A DNA stretch of 64,000 nucleotides from Callorhinchus milii (GCF_018977255.1 NW_024704742.1:138448001-138512000); one strand, 5' to 3'. Shown: positions 50,801 through 59,086, counted from the stretch's first letter. Program-made: numbers and translations. Notes: generated by a model not told the origin, from the letters alone.

Positions 50801-53202
50801 CTCTCACTTGCGAGGCGAGAGCTCTAATCACTGAGCTACAGGACTCCTGATAATTCCTGATAAGTGATAAGGCGCTATAGAAAATGCAAGGATTATTATT
50901 AATAGTCATCTTACAACTCACATTCCTCCTACTTTCTGATCAACATAGAGTAGTCCCAGCCCTGGGAGGCGTCATCTCCAATTTCCACCAGGTCTGTCGG
51001 CAGCAAGAGCCGCCTCTCGTTTTCCAAGATAACAACTGATCTCAGACAAACAACTAAAGGAGGGGAAGTTGCAAAATACAAGAACAACAACAACTTGAAT
51101 TTATATCGTGCCCTTCATCTGGGATAATGTGCCAGATCACTTGACAGTGGCGGAGTCTGACACCGAGCCAAGGGGAGAGAGGGGGGGACGGTAACCGTAA
51201 GCACAATCAAAAAGGAAAGTCTTTAGGCGAGACTTGAAAGAGGGGAGGGAGGGGGCAAGGCGGAGGGATTGAGGAACAGAATTCCAGAATTTCGGGGTGT
51301 AGTGGCTAAAGGCACGGCGTCGAGGGACAAAAGGAGGCAACGACCTCCAATGGTGACAAACCTGAAGATGCAATGCAATAAAGGAACTTGCGCTTCTCAC
51401 CAAGCTGGCACAAGAGCAGGGATGCCATGTGGAGGTTAAAGGGGAGAACTTGCTTCTAAAATCTCTGTCTCGATTCCCTCTCCTGCCTTCACAAATTTTT
51501 AAAACATCCCTTTGGCTTTGGGCGACATCTCTCCCTCCTCGTCACTGTTTGGGGCTTAAAATAATACGCATTGAGCACCTTAAAATCTTCACGCTACGTG
51601 AGAGATACTGTACAACATACTGGGTAGGTTGTTGATGGAAACTCAAACTGCCTCTTCCCATCTCAGCAAAGCCACTCAAACCCACACAGCGACCGTTGAC
51701 TCGATCGCAACTGTACAACTACACACAGCGGGGACTGACCATAATAATTATGGGCGACTCCCAGTCAACAATATTGATAGTTGACCCCATTAACCGCAGT
51801 CGACTTCAAATTGTGACACTTCCCACAAAGACAGCCTGACCCTTCCCTAATCGTGACAGCCTTCCCTCCCCCCTATAGTGACAGCCTGCCGCACCCAATA
51901 GTGATAAACCCCAATAGTGATAAACCCCAATAGTGACAGCCCCTCTACCCCCAATAGTGACAGCCCCTCTCCCCCCAATAGTGACAGCCCCTCTCCCCCC
52001 AATAGTGACAGCCCCTCTCCCCCCAATAGTGACAGCCCCTCTACCCCCAATAGTGACAGCCCCTCTACCCCCAATAGTGACAGCCCCTCTACCCCCAATA
52101 GTGACAGCCCCTCTCCCCCCAATAGTGACAGCCCCTCTCCCCCCAATAGTGACAGCCCCTCTACCCCCAATAGTGACAGCCCCTCTCCCCCCAATAGTGA
52201 CAGCCCCTCTACCCCAATAGTGACAGCCCCTCTCCCCCAATAACCCCCCCAATAATGACAGCCCTCTCCCCCCAATAGTGAGAGCCCCTCTCCCCCCAAT
52301 AATGACAGCCTCTCCCCCCATTAGTGAGAGCCCCTCTCCCCCAATAGTGACAGCCCCTCTCCCCCCAATAGTGACAGCCCCTCTCCCCCAATAGTGACAG
52401 CCCCTCTCCCCCCAATAGTGAGATCCCCTCTCCCCAATAATGACAGCCTCTCCCCCCCAATAGTGAGAGCCCCTCTTCCCCCAATAGTGACAGCCCCTCT
52501 CCCCCCCATCAGTAGTGATAGTTGAGAGGGGGTAAAGGCGCGCTCCCAGAAAAAGTGTAGGTGGACGTGGGGGGGAGTTGTGTCCTCGCGCTCCCCTCAG
52601 TGTAATGGATGGGGGTGGGGGTGGGGGTGTATTTAGCATTCCCTCCACCCCCCCCCCCCCCACCGGGAGCAGTGAGCGCGCCCAACCGCCGCCGCTCGCG
52701 CTGTCAGTCTCTCCCGCTCTCCTCCTCAGTCGGGGGCTGCAGACGGCGGCCGCTCACGGACGCCCCCCCCCCCCCTTCTCCCCCACCCCACCCCCGACCC
52801 CCTCATCCATAAGCCCTCTCGGGTTTACACTCCGCGGCCATCCTTTCAGGTCGGGGGTGGTATTGGTATTTTTTTTCCTTATTTTTTTTTCGCGACAACA
52901 AGCTCGTCCAACAAAGCCTATCTATCGGTCCCCCCCACACCCCCCCCCCACTCACCGCACCGCCTCCTCCTCTTCCCCTCACCGCCTCCTCCTCCTCCTC
53001 CTCCCTTGTTTTGTTATGGAAGAAGCTGCCCCCAACCGCCCGCCCGCCCGCGCCCCCCCCCCCCCCCACCTCCCCCGATCTTACCTCGGGACAGATCGAG
53101 CGGCACGTTCTCTTCTCCGCTGTCATTCCGCCCTGTTTCGGGAGAGAGAGAGAGAGGGAAACAAAAGGGAAGAGAGAACCGGCGTCAGAAGCGAGAGAGG
53201 GG

Positions 53203-53233
<31 letters not shown>

Positions 53234-53434
53234 GATGTGTGTGCGTGTAAAATACCTCATCCGCCACCATCACACCGACAGAACGTGAGTCGCGAGCGCT
53301 TTAGCGGCCCTGGCCGACGTCAAATGAGCGCGAGATTTTTTTTCCCGTCCGCCCTCTGCCCCCCTCTTTCCCCCTCGCCCCGTACCTCGGATGCGGAGGT
53401 TCCTGAGCGAGCGGCCGCGGACGCTGACCGCCAT
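1323..53434 (-). CDS. RICTOR: RICTOR, coding exons 1-16 joined (N-terminal ~466 aa); gene continues beyond window start
   Basis: 16 manually spliced GT-AG exons give one uninterrupted frame [45 protein letters not shown]...[34 protein letters not shown], near-identical to the vertebrate RICTOR N-terminus as I recall it. Confidence 0.98.
1662..2091 (+). mobile_element. L2 LINE 3' fragment
   Basis: [19 protein letters not shown]; 3' hairpin. Confidence 0.83.
2222..2302 (-). CDS. RICTOR: RICTOR exon 15 (81 nt)
   Basis: aag|[27 protein letters not shown]|gtacg. Confidence 0.96.
2813..3137 (-). mobile_element. tRNA-derived SINE copy
   Basis: reverse-complement match to family. Confidence 0.85.
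3189..3255 (-). CDS. RICTOR: RICTOR exon 14 (67 nt)
   Basis: cag|[22 protein letters not shown]|gtaac. Confidence 0.97.
3426..3516 (-). CDS. RICTOR: RICTOR exon 13 (91 nt)
   Basis: cag|[30 protein letters not shown](R)|gtacg. Confidence 0.97.
3861..4173 (-). mobile_element. tRNA-derived SINE, short subfamily
   Basis: family match lacking the central ~60-70 nt block. Confidence 0.88.
4190..4860 (-). mobile_element. old degenerate CR1 fragment
   Basis: reverse strand shows LYKTL..PHFE..V.VS, W.M.FN..KCKVIH-like remnants. Confidence 0.6.
5121..5208 (-). CDS. RICTOR: RICTOR exon 12 (88 nt)
   Basis: cag|[29 protein letters not shown]|gtggg. Confidence 0.96.
5250..5603 (-). mobile_element. L2 LINE 3' fragment
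   Basis: reverse match to L2 3' end. Confidence 0.8.
6588..6670 (-). CDS. RICTOR: RICTOR exon 11 (83 nt)
   Basis: cag|[28 protein letters not shown]|gtagg. Confidence 0.97.
6697..7076 (-). mobile_element. tRNA-derived SINE, full length
   Basis: family match head to tail. Confidence 0.9.
7172..8365 (+). mobile_element. CR1 LINE 5'-truncated copy
   Basis: [79 protein letters not shown]-type tail. Confidence 0.93.
8443..8548. mobile_element. Tc1/mariner-type MITE
   Basis: 24-bp TIRs CAGGGTGACCAAAAAGTC(A/G)TGATA (23/24 match), TA on the right flank. Confidence 0.8.
9199..9266 (-). CDS. RICTOR: RICTOR exon 10 (68 nt)
   Basis: cag|[22 protein letters not shown]|gtagg. Confidence 0.96.
9318..9687 (-). 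mobile_element. tRNA-derived SINE, full length
   Basis: family match head to tail. Confidence 0.9.
9732..9756. repeat. (TA)n microsatellite
   Basis: direct. Confidence 0.95.
9946..10013 (-). CDS. RICTOR: RICTOR exon 9 (68 nt)
   Basis: cag|[22 protein letters not shown](K)|gtaag. Confidence 0.97.
10563..10935 (-). mobile_element. tRNA-derived SINE, full length
   Basis: family match. Confidence 0.9.
11019..11188 (-). CDS. RICTOR: RICTOR exon 8 (170 nt)
   Basis: cag|[57 protein letters not shown]|gtatg. Confidence 0.97.
11235..11580 (-). mobile_element. tRNA-derived SINE
   Basis: family match. Confidence 0.88.
12532..12658 (-). CDS. RICTOR: RICTOR exon 7 (127 nt)
   Basis: cag|[42 protein letters not shown]|gtatc. 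Confidence 0.97.
12853..13757 (+). mobile_element. L2 LINE 5'-truncated copy nested in a SINE, with internal 18-bp minisatellite
   Basis: [28 protein letters not shown] motifs; SINE pieces on both sides. Confidence 0.9.
13128..13252. repeat. 18-bp minisatellite CACTCCCACCCTCGCCCT
   Basis: tandem array inside L2. Confidence 0.9.
15138..16918 (-). mobile_element. L2 LINE 5'-truncated copy with frameshifted RT domain
   Basis: [50 protein letters not shown]. Confidence 0.93.
17102..17450 (-). mobile_element. tRNA-derived SINE
   Basis: family match. Confidence 0.88.
17661..17724 (-). CDS. RICTOR: RICTOR exon 6 (64 nt)
   Basis: cag|[21 protein letters not shown]|gtaag. Confidence 0.97.
17745..18042 (-). 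mobile_element. tRNA-derived SINE
   Basis: family match with internal deletions. Confidence 0.85.
18330..18461 (-). CDS. RICTOR: RICTOR exon 5 (132 nt)
   Basis: cag|[43 protein letters not shown](R)|gtcag. Confidence 0.97.
19842..19906 (-). CDS. RICTOR: RICTOR exon 4 (65 nt)
   Basis: cag|[21 protein letters not shown](C)|gtaag. Confidence 0.96.
20470..21603 (-). mobile_element. CR1 LINE 5'-truncated copy
   Basis: [50 protein letters not shown]. Confidence 0.92.
21600..21904 (-). mobile_element. tRNA-derived SINE abutting CR1 fragment
   Basis: family match. Confidence 0.85.
22045..22445 (+). mobile_element. older tRNA-headed SINE with Deu-like central domain (SacSINE1/AmnSINE1-related)
   Basis: GTGAGACATTAAACCGAGGTCCC..AAAGATCCCATG..GTGTCCTGG resembles the Deu domain as I recall it. 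Confidence 0.6.
23088..23393 (-). mobile_element. tRNA-derived SINE, short subfamily
   Basis: family match, central block absent. Confidence 0.88.
23768..23865 (-). CDS. RICTOR: RICTOR exon 3 (98 nt)
   Basis: tag|[33 protein letters not shown]|gtact. Confidence 0.97.
24466..24680 (+). mobile_element. tRNA-derived SINE 5' half, split by L2 (remainder ~25928-25977)
   Basis: family match. Confidence 0.85.
24721..25880 (-). mobile_element. L2 LINE 5'-truncated copy with 3' UTR tandem expansion
   Basis: same family as 15138-16918; (CAA)n on plus strand. Confidence 0.9.
24815..25030. repeat. ~35-45-bp tandem repeat GGGGAAATGGTCAGGGTGAGGG..., ~5 units
   Basis: tandem array in L2 3' UTR. Confidence 0.85.
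26695..27026 (-). mobile_element. tRNA-derived SINE, short subfamily with L2-type 3' loop
   Basis: family match; hairpin GGGACGTCCTCCTGACGT. Confidence 0.88.
27110..27430 (-). mobile_element. tRNA-derived SINE
   Basis: family match. Confidence 0.85.
27663..28385 (+). mobile_element. tRNA-derived SINE with nested L2 3' fragment (~27805-28170)
   Basis: SINE head, L2 3' end with (TTG)n, SINE remainder. Confidence 0.8.
29070..29300 (+). mobile_element. CR1 3' end
   Basis: FFT.RVV.IWNSLP and conserved 3' UTR GGGCTGAATGGCCT..TCCTGTTCCTATG. Confidence 0.8.
29882..30208 (-). mobile_element. tRNA-derived SINE, short subfamily with L2-type 3' loop
   Basis: family match; hairpin GGGACGTCCTCCCGACGT. 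Confidence 0.88.
30548..30918 (-). mobile_element. tRNA-derived SINE
   Basis: family match. Confidence 0.88.
31690..32010 (-). mobile_element. Deu-like SINE copy
   Basis: close inverted homolog of 44185-44455. Confidence 0.6.
32012..32578 (-). mobile_element. two tandem tRNA-derived SINE copies
   Basis: two consecutive family matches. Confidence 0.82.
33129..33447 (+). mobile_element. tRNA-derived SINE (short subfamily) inserted in an L2 fragment (~32895-33535, minus)
   Basis: family match flanked by contiguous L2 sequence. Confidence 0.85.
33635..33716. mobile_element. hAT (Charlie-like) MITE inside a Deu-like SINE
   Basis: imperfect TIRs CAAGAATGGCCAACTTG / CAGGGATGGCCAACCTG; degenerate 8-bp TSD ATCTAGAG / ACCTGGAA. 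Confidence 0.6.
34241..34718 (+). mobile_element. tRNA-derived SINE with short L2 3' end inserted in its tail
   Basis: family match; AAATGCAA duplicated at 34600-34607 and 34697-34704. Confidence 0.82.
37521..37543. repeat. poly-G tract
   Basis: direct. Confidence 0.95.
37620..38158 (+). mobile_element. L2 LINE 3' fragment
   Basis: [29 protein letters not shown]. Confidence 0.85.
38623..38852 (+). mobile_element. tRNA-derived SINE, internally deleted
   Basis: family head and tail. Confidence 0.82.
39016..39378 (-). mobile_element. tRNA-derived SINE
   Basis: family match. Confidence 0.88.
39950..40326 (+). mobile_element. tRNA-derived SINE
   Basis: family match. Confidence 0.88.
41130..41490 (-). 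mobile_element. L2 LINE 3' fragment (second subfamily)
   Basis: [25 protein letters not shown]. Confidence 0.8.
41841..41871. repeat. (GA)n microsatellite
   Basis: direct. Confidence 0.95.
42330..42690 (-). mobile_element. tRNA-derived SINE
   Basis: family match. Confidence 0.85.
43115..43435 (-). mobile_element. tRNA-derived SINE
   Basis: family match. Confidence 0.85.
43706..44070 (-). mobile_element. tRNA-derived SINE
   Basis: family match. Confidence 0.87.
44185..44455 (+). mobile_element. Deu-like SINE copy
   Basis: GGGTTCAA B box, GGCTGACAC, AAAGATCC block. Confidence 0.6.
44710..45072 (-). mobile_element. tRNA-derived SINE
   Basis: family match. Confidence 0.87.
45655..46003 (+). 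mobile_element. tRNA-derived SINE
   Basis: family match. Confidence 0.87.
47386..47791 (+). mobile_element. tRNA(Ala)-derived SINE, full-length representative of a family with >30 copies in the window
   Basis: Pol III A box TAGCTCAGTGG and B box GGTT(C/T)GATTCC, central conserved block, L2-like 3' hairpin, (ATT)n tail. Confidence 0.92.
48712..50479 (+). mobile_element. L2 LINE copy with frameshifted RT and internal deletion
   Basis: [10 protein letters not shown] joined directly to [22 protein letters not shown] motifs; (TTG)n tail. Confidence 0.93.
50481..50847 (-). mobile_element. tRNA-derived SINE, tail-to-tail with L2
   Basis: family match. Confidence 0.88.
51875..52510. repeat. 24-bp minisatellite AATAGTGACAGCCCCTCT(C/A)CCCCC, ~25 units
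   Basis: direct tandem array. Confidence 0.97.
53085..53132 (-). CDS. RICTOR: RICTOR exon 2 (48 nt)
   Basis: cag|[16 protein letters not shown]|gtaag. Confidence 0.97.
53386..53434 (-). CDS. RICTOR: RICTOR coding exon 1 (49 nt)
   Basis: ATG in good Kozak context (gaaacATGG); [16 protein letters not shown]+G; donor GTACGG. Confidence 0.96.
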
Positions 53435-53814
53435 GTTTCGGGCAACTGACTCATCCACCGCCGCCGCCGGGGAGGAGGGGGGGGGGGGGGGGCGGGGTGT
53501 GGAGACGGCGTGGGCGTGCGTGCGTGCGTGCGTGCGTACGTGGAGCGGAGCGACGCAAGGCACGCGCCGCGACGCGCAAAGGAAAAGCACGCACGCCACG
53601 TGCGTGATGTGCAGCACGCTCGCTCTGACGTCGGCACGCACTCACGCCGACGTAGGCACGCACGGCGGAGGATCTCATGAATGGACGGGGGAAAGAACGT
53701 CTGCACACGTCCAGACTACGCCCCCTCGTGGGAGCTTCACACAACTCCATCACCAGCCCCTCAGCAACACTTCAACAATTATTGTTATAATGATAATCTT
53801 TGCATTTGATATAA

Positions 53815-54142
53815 CAATATAATAATAATACTAATCCTTGCATTTGATATAGCGCTTTTCACGTCTTCTCAACGTTCCCAAAGCGCTTCGCAGAATATAC
53901 TGTAAAGCGAATTGACTGTATATTTGTGGGCGAACGCGGCAGCCAATTGCGCACAGCAATGTCCCACAAACAGTCGTGGATTGAAAATGACCAATTTATT
54001 ATTGTTTTGGTTTTGGAGGATTATTATTAGGCTCTGTGTGGAGTAAGGAAACTTGCCCAAGGTTTCGCCCTCTGCCTGGAATTGAACCCCAGGTGTCTCG
54101 CTCGCAAGGGGGTGCTCTAACCACTGAGCTACAGGACCCCAC
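53815..54142 (-). mobile_element. tRNA-derived SINE, short subfamily, just upstream of RICTOR promoter
   Basis: family match. Confidence 0.88.
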
Positions 54143-54394
54143 TTTTGACTCCATTTGATACAGCGCCTTACCACGTTGTCAAGACGTCTCAAAGCGCTTC
54201 ACAGAATATACTGGAAAGTGTACTGCGGATGTATGTGGATGACACTGAAGTTTCGCCCACAAATGTACAGTCAATTCACAGTATATTCTGTGAAGCGCTT
54301 TGAGACGTCTCGAAGATGTGAAAAGCACTATATCAAATGCAAGGAGTATTATTATTATTATTATAAGTCTACTTCTCCTGCTCCAACTGCAATT

Positions 54395-55115
54395 CCTGTC
54401 AGCTTGTTTGACAGACATCAAGGCTTGGATGAGCGCAAAGTTCCTGCAGCTGAATGTCAACAAGATGGAAGCAATACTCCTTGGTTCCCGTCAACGTCTT
54501 CTCTCCTGCAAGTCTGAACTCCTCAACCTCCGCGGGCTTTCCCTCAGACTCTCCGAACCTATGTGCAATTTAGCCGTCAGGTTCAATCCCCAGCTTTCCT
54601 CTCTGCCCCACATCCATTCCCTGACCGCTTTTTTCCACCTCCGCCACATTGCCCACTTCCGCCACATTGCCTGCCTCCGTCCATACCTCACAACCGACGC
54701 AGCTGCAACCTTCGTCAACGCCTTCATCACCTCTTGGCTGGACTATTCCAATGCCCTGCTCGTTGGTCTCACCAGCTCCACCATACACAAAACAATTAAT
54801 TCAGAATTTTACCGCCCGGATACTCACCCGCACAAAATTCCTTACCTCCATCACACGAGTCCTTGCCAGGCTCCATTGGCTTCCAATCACCCAACGCATC
54901 AACGTCAAGATCCTCTCACTCGTTTTCAAATCATTTAATTCCCTGGAACCTCCCTATCTCTCTGACCTGCTCACCCCACACTCCACCACCTGCTGCCTCC
55001 GCTCGGCTGACTCCGGCTTCTTATTTGTCCCTCGTTCCACCATCAATGGCTGTGCCTTGAGCAACTATACCCCAAAACACTGGAACTCAATCCCTCCGCC
55101 TTGCCCCCTCCCTCC
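54395..55115 (+). mobile_element. older L2 ORF2 fragment
   Basis: CLTDIKAWMSAKFLQLN..LDYSNALL..LHWLPI. Confidence 0.85.
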
Positions 55116-55431
55116 TCGAGTCCGGGTTTGTGAACATGTTTGAATATCCAGGGCTTGGAATCTACTCTGGTTGGTAAGCAGCTGATAGTCAACCTCCGCA
55201 CCTTCAACTGGTGAAACCATCGCTGAACGGCCATGTGTTTCCACACTGTGGACAGGAAGTTGGTGGCAATGCTCTCCTGCATTTCATGCTGAGCTGTGTT
55301 GGTCACCAGGAAGCTTGTAGGGAGTTGCTGGTACCTGCTATCCACCTAGTGAGGGCTCTCTGCATCTCCCCCCGCCCCCCACCCAGTGAGGGCTCAAACA
55401 ACAACAACAACTTGCATTTATGAACTTCTTT

Positions 55432-57150
55432 TCATCTACAATTCACAACATCCGCCAGGCAGCATCATCCACCTGCCTCTTGTCACCCACCACCACCCCC
55501 TCTCTGTCCCCCTCACCCTCCCCATCATCTGCTCCTACCACCACACCCATCCTACATTCCTTCCTACCCATCTCTCTCTCCTCCCTCTCACCCATCACCT
55601 CTATGAAACCCACCACCTGTTGTCTCGACCCTCTCCCCACCAACTTGCTGGTCACCCAGCTCCCCCTCCTCTGCCCACTACTAGCTGACATCATCAACCA
55701 GTCCGTCTCCTCCGGATCAGTCCCTGCCCCCTCAAACCTGCTGTCATCACCCCCCTCCTGAGAAAACCCTCCCTCGATCCCTCAAACCCCAGCCATTACC
55801 GCCCCATTTCTAACCTGCCCTTCCTTACCAAAGTCCTAGAACGCGTTGTTGCCAATCAACTCCGCGCACACCTCTCTTCCCACTACCTCTTCGAACCCTC
55901 CAGTCCGGTTTCCCCCCACAGTACAGGGACTGCGCTTGTGAAAGTCACAAACGACATCCTCTCTATCTGTGACCAGGGCTCCCTCTGCCTCCTTGACCTC
56001 CTGGACCTCTCCGCTGCGTTCGACACAGTCGATCACCATCCTCCTCCCCGCCTTTCCTCCATCATCCACCTCAGTGGGACCGCACTCGCCTGGTTCGAGT
56101 CCTACCTCACAAACCGCCAGCAGTACATCTGCACCAACGGCTTCTCCTTCCGCTCTCACCCAGTTACCTGCAGGTCCCCCGAGGATCCATCCTTGGCCCC
56201 CTCCTCTTTCTGATCTACATACTCCCTCTTGGGGATGTCATCCACAGACATGGGTTACATTTCCACATGTATGTGGATGACACCCAACTCTATTTGTCCA
56301 CCTCTCTTTGCGCCCCCCCAGTCCCCTGATGTTCTGCCTGTCAGACCTCAGGGGCTGGATTAGCGCAAATTTCTTTCAGCTGAACGTTGACAAGACGGAA
56401 GCCATACTCTTCGTCTCCCGTCAACGTCTAAAATCTCACATTTCTCACCTCTTCCACCTTCCCGACCTCTCCCTAAAACTCTCCGAACTCTTACGCAACC
56501 CAGGCGTCAGGTTCGACCCCCAATTATCCTTCCTCCCCCACATCCAGTCCCTCACCAGCACCGCCTTCTTCCACCTCCGACGCATTGCCCGTCTCCGCCA
56601 ATACCTCTCCCCAAAAGCCGCTGAAACCCTGGTCCATGCCTTTGTCACCTCTCGGCTGAACTACTCTAATGCCCTCCTCGCTGGCCTCCCCTCCACGACC
56701 ATCCATAAAATCCAGATTATTCAAAACTCTGCGCCCGCATTCTCACCCGCACCAAACTCCGCTCCCCAATTACCTCAGTCCTCACCAGACTGCACTGGCT
56801 GCTTGTCCTAGAGAGGATCGATTTCAAGACTCTCACCCTTGTCTTCAAATCCCTCCACTCCTCTGCACCCCCCTATCTCTCTGACCTCCTCTCTCCTCAA
56901 AACAGTGCCCGTTGCTTTTGTTCCTCAGGGTCTGGCCTCCTCCTTGTCTCCCGAGTCCCCCGTTCCACCCTCGGTGGCCGTGCCTTCAACCACTATGTCC
57001 TGAGGCTCTGGAACTCCCTTCCTCACTCCCTTCGCCTCGCCGCTTCTCTTCCTACTTTCAGGTCTCTGCTGAAGACCTTTCTTTTCAACCGCGCCTTTGG
57101 TCACCTTCCTCCCCCTCCCCCCGGCTTAACACTTGACAAACCTGTGCTGT
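55432..57150 (+). mobile_element. older L2 copy, degenerate RT domain to 3' end
   Basis: [51 protein letters not shown]. Confidence 0.9.
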
Positions 57151-57811
57151 CAAGTGACAAAGTGGTGATTTGGTGTGTTGCTTAATCATGCTTAAGAGCA
57201 TCCAAAACAAACAGAATTCCATGCAACCCAACATGGATATTCAGAAATATTCATTGGAATAGAATGCCCACTCTCTCCCTGGAGGGACGCACCCTGCTTA
57301 TCTAATTCCAGAGAGCGTTAGGCACATGTTGGAAAGAGCCAAAGTTTGGGGAGCCCAGAGTGTACGTTGGGGAAATTGCTGGAGTTTAACCAGCTAAAAC
57401 TGTGTAACTTGCCATTGAAGGCATTGGTTGACAAGCTTGTCCAGCTAGGACCATCCTACCCATTAGGGCTTTGGCTTGTAGGGTTACCAAGAGCTGAGAG
57501 GGAGAATTCTCTGCCTGCAGTGACCGGTCTGCCCTTCCCAGTAAGTAGAAACAATTTGGTCATTCAATCCACGACTGTTTGTGGGACACTTGGATGAGTG
57601 ATTTTGCTTGGTAATTGGCTGCTGCGTTTTGCCCACAAAATATAGTAAATTCAACAACAACAACTTGCATTTATGTAGCACCCTTCACGTGTGGTAGCGT
57701 CCCAGAGTGCTTCACAGTGGGGAAGTCTGACAATGAGCCAAGGGGAGAGGGAGGGTGGAGGTGATCATAAGTATGATCAAAAAGGAAGGTCTTTTGGCAG
57801 GATTTGAAGTT

Positions 57812-57836
57812 NNNNNNNNNNNNNNNNNNNNNNNNN
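57812..57836. other. assembly gap (25 N)
   Basis: run of n. Confidence 1.
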
Positions 57837-57925
57837 CAACTAGTAAACCCGCGTCCATTTGGGTGTCAGTCTGCGTCTCCGACGCTCACCTCTGGGTTAG
57901 ATGTTTGTGGGTTCCAACCCTATAT

Positions 57926-58205
57926 TGTAGAGACCTGTAGCTCAGTGGTTAGAGCCCTCGCCGAGCGAGCGAGAGGACCTGGGTTTGATTCCCGGGCGGG
58001 GGGCCCAACATTGGGCAAGTTTCCTTACTCCACACACCTCTGTTTACCAGCAGTGAGGAGGAACCCGGTTGTTAGTCGATTGGCGGATCATATTTCTGGG
58101 GGTAATAATCCCTTCAAAAAAAATAATAATAATTTGGTCACTTAATCCAAGACTGTTTGGGGGTCACTGCTGTGGGCAATTGGCTGTTGCGTTTCGCCCA
58201 CAAAA
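57926..58205 (+). mobile_element. tRNA-derived SINE (3' truncated)
   Basis: family match. Confidence 0.85.
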
Positions 58206-58418
58206 AAGGGCTTTTTGAGGGGTTTTGTGTTTGCTGAATACGTTTGATTTTGTTCATCTGGAGTTCTGCACGATTGCGGGGGAGGGAAGCGATGGGGGTT
58301 CAGCTCTTCCCCTTTTTTTGTGCTAAGTATTGCGAAGTTCCCTCTATCGATTTTAATTCTAAATTTTGCCACTTTCCAATTGCGCTGCGACTTTGTCATG
58401 AGCCGCAGAGCCACTGGA

Positions 58419-58437
58419 CTGCTGCAGGGGGCAGCAC
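58419..58437 (+). promoter_or_regulatory. candidate CTCF site
   Basis: CTGCTGCAGGGGGCAGCAC resembles the CTCF core motif, in non-repeat sequence. Confidence 0.4.
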
Positions 58438-58498
58438 TGAGCCACAGAGGGTATGCTGTGTAACATTGCCACCATCAGGCCCGTGCTGGTACTGCAAC

Positions 58499-58532
<34 letters not shown>

Positions 58533-58768
58533 CCTCGCATTTGATATGGCACCTTATCACATCTTCGAGACGTCTCAAAGCGCTTCACAGAATGTACCGC
58601 AAAGTGTAGCGACTGTATATTTTGTGGGCGAAACGCGGCGGCCAATTGCGCGCAACAGTGTCCCCACAAACAGTCGTGGATTGAGTAACCAAATTATTAT
58701 ATCTTTTTTTAATTTTGTCCTCTTGCTTGCGAGGCACGTGCTCTAACCACTAAGCTACAGGACTCCAC
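58499..58768 (-). mobile_element. tRNA-derived SINE, internally deleted
   Basis: family head and tail, (AAT)n. Confidence 0.83.
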
Positions 58769-58926
58769 GAGAGATGTCTCGACAAGGCGCTCCATCAAAT
58801 GCAAGGATTATTATTATCATCTTGTCTTGTCTTTGGATCACACCCGAAGACCTTCCTCTTCGAGAGCGCTTACAGTCATCTCCCCTAGAATAAATAAGCG
58901 ATATAGAGGAGCATCAAGATACTTAC

Positions 58927-59086
58927 AGCAACCATCCATTGTCCGAGCCAGCCACCTGCCCTCGGGGTTATCCGTGATGCGAATCACCTCCAGGTTTTCA
59001 CCCTGTTTGAAGGATAAATCGTTCTTCCCGCCCTTGTAATCCACCGAAGCTTTCACCATCTGGAACACCTCAATTGCTCCCACCAC
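58927..59086 (-). CDS. FYB1: FYB1 hSH3-N exon (160 nt)
   Basis: aag|[53 protein letters not shown]|gtaagt. Confidence 0.92.

Larger units (their letters stand above)
52660..53730. promoter_or_regulatory. CpG island / RICTOR promoter region
   Basis: GC- and CpG-dense stretch over exons 1-2 in an otherwise CpG-poor window; YY1-like AACATGGCGG at the ATG, E-box CACGTG ~53597, CRE-like TGACGTC ~53627, (TGCG)n run. Confidence 0.85.

Noticed and set aside
51875..52510. Regular short repeats resembling a CRISPR array, with long repetitive ORFs (51806-52663 etc.)
   Set aside because: Head-to-tail units with no unique spacers, vertebrate intron, no cas genes; the ORFs are stop-free by-products of a 24-bp unit.
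52578..53822. Several 100-236 aa ORFs on both strands
   Set aside because: Low stop-codon density of the CpG island; only RICTOR exons 1-2 have homology and splice support.
58142..58501. ORFs downstream of the FYB1 hSH3 exon as the next FYB1 exon
   Set aside because: No YGY/EIDYD-like sequence in any minus frame I read, and no fitting splice sites.
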